Assembly: GCF_006345805.1 (NCBI RefSeq)
Contig: NC_043017.1
Span: forward strand, 2,666,001 to 2,730,000
Length of the DNA: 64,000 nucleotides
Direction of reading: 5' to 3'
Origin: Octopus sinensis
Lineage: Eukaryota
How positions within the stretch are numbered: position 1 is the first letter of the stretch; each line of letters starts with the position of its first letter. The notes below the pieces were generated by a model. The model searched no databases. It was given only the letters and a program-made list of their open reading frames with translations, and was not told the origin of the DNA. Positions 62,101-64,000 of the stretch are shown here, piece by piece. The translations under genes and the position numbers were made by a program.

Positions 62101-64000
62101 GTCTCCTTCATCTGCTTCTTTTTTTCCTTCAACCTTTCCGCTCATCACAATTCTCTGGGCCCTCTTTCCTCAAAGGGCCATCTGGACCGTATTTAAGAAC
62201 CACTGTAAACCAAGCTACAGATCAACCCTTTTGAGACCATCCCGCCTGAAACCACCCCACCTACCCACCCAACTTCCACCCTCGTTCTATGATACAAATT
62301 TCATGTTTTGAAGTGACTTAAATTTAAATTTTCCATCGATTTATTTTGAAACATCAACTTAATAATTATTACAAAATTATTTTACTAATTACTTCATTTT
62401 TTTTTCAAAATTAATTGAAACGTTAGCAAAGAAATGTACTAACAAAATGGTTTAAGTCTGGGACTCAAAATCTCAGAACTGAAATTGTTGGAATAAATAC
62501 CATAAAGTTCTAACAAATCCACCCATCCACCTCCACCACCACCACCCTTTTTTTTTATTTGTTTCAGTCATTAAACTGTGGTCATGCTGGGGCACTGCTT
62601 TGAAAAATGTTTTGTAGTTAAATGAGTTAAACTCCAGTACTTTTATTTTTTTAAGCCTGGTGCTTATTCTCTTTTGCTGAACTGCTAAGTTATGGGGATG
62701 TAAACACACCAACACCGGTTGTGAAGCAATAGTGATGGACAAACACACACACACACACACACACATGTATATACATACACAACAGGCTTCTTTCAGTTTC
62801 TGTCAACCAAATGCACTTGCAAGGCTTTGGTGCCAAGGGTGCCATGCAGTGGGACTGAACCCAGAACCATGAGGTTGGGAAGCAGGCTTCTTACCACACA
62901 GCCACTCCTGCACTTGATATTTCATTCACCCTGGAAAGATGAAAGACAAAATTAACCTCAGCATGATTTGAACCCAGAACCCACTGAACTGGAACAAACC
63001 CACTGGCAGTTCATTGTATTCTCTAATGACCCCTGCCTATTCACTACCTATAAAATGTTACAGCTAACACAAGAACGCTAATTAATATGGAACACTAATT
63101 AATATAGCAGCTTGACAATTAATCAGTCATTAATTTTCCAATAAACAAGTTTCATCTAACTTACCCCCCCACCACCATCAATCTTTACTCAGCTTATTTC
63201 AGAAATTAGATCAATAATTTACCAGTATATTACTGGTATATATTTTATTGGGTCAGCAGGAGAAAGAAAGGCTTAACAGATGTTGAAATTTGGTTGCTAT
63301 TTTTAGTTGATTGTACAACTGCTTGTGGAGGCACATGGCCTAGTGGTTAGAGTAGCGGTCAAGGGATCGCGGGTTCGAATCTCAGACCGGGCGATGTGTG
63401 TGTTTATGAGCGAAAACACCTGAGCCCCACGCGGCTCTGGCAAACTTCTGCTGACTCTTTCGCCACAACTTTCTCTCATTCTTTCCCATTGCATCTTGCA
63501 GCTCACCTGCGACAGACCAGCGTACCGTACAGGTGTGGAACCTATACGCCAAGGAAACCGGGAAACTGGCCCTTATGAGGCAGGTGTGGCTTGAGAAGGA
63601 ACATACAACAAACAATAACTGCTTAGAAGAACTTATGTTTTTGTTGATGGTCTCTCTTGAGCCAACTGACCAATATTCAAAGCCGTTACCATTCCATCTT
63701 CTATTCAGACATTGTGTATCTTGGACTATATTTTTTTAATGTGCCATACATTGTTCGTTGAAGGAAATTTGATGACTTTCATAGGCGTAGGAGTAGCTGT
63801 GTGGTAAGTAGCTTGCTTACGAATCACATAGTTCCGGGTTCATTCCTACTGCGTGACACCTTGGGCAAGTGTATTCTACTATAGCCTTGGTCCGACCAAA
63901 GCTTTGTGAGTGGATTCGGTAGACGGAAACTGAAAGAAGCCTATCATATATATGTATGTATATATATATATATAATGTATGTGTGTGTGATTATGTTTGT

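Overview
AT-rich, microsatellite-saturated animal DNA; the SINE families and (TA)n/(CA)n/(CT)n load point to a coleoid cephalopod, most likely Octopus (inference). The one clear host coding segment is a + strand exon (40075-40312) encoding the second LIM domain of an LMO4-like LIM-only protein. I could not find the LIM1 exon, so most of the window is probably intron. The rest is transposon-derived: a near full-length CR1-clade LINE (25820-29440, minus), two short CR1 3' ends, a decayed Tigger/pogo transposase split by a hAT MITE, an RTE relic, a non-autonomous Helitron, piggyBac-, hAT- and mariner-type MITEs, and many tRNA-derived SINEs. Main observations: (1) three distinct Penelope-type hammerhead ribozyme motifs, one family fused to a tRNA-derived Pol III head; (2) a frame-preserving 51-nt candidate cassette exon between LIM1 and LIM2, followed by a CpG-rich hairpin; (3) shared 3' architecture between CR1 LINEs and the main SINE, with CR1 copies sitting inside (TA)n arrays; (4) several long inverted repeats that could be ADAR substrates. 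A 100-N gap at 33930-34029 is flanked by an apparently artefactual ~865-bp duplication. Everything was read by eye; no searches or folding programs were run, and repeat boundaries are approximate.
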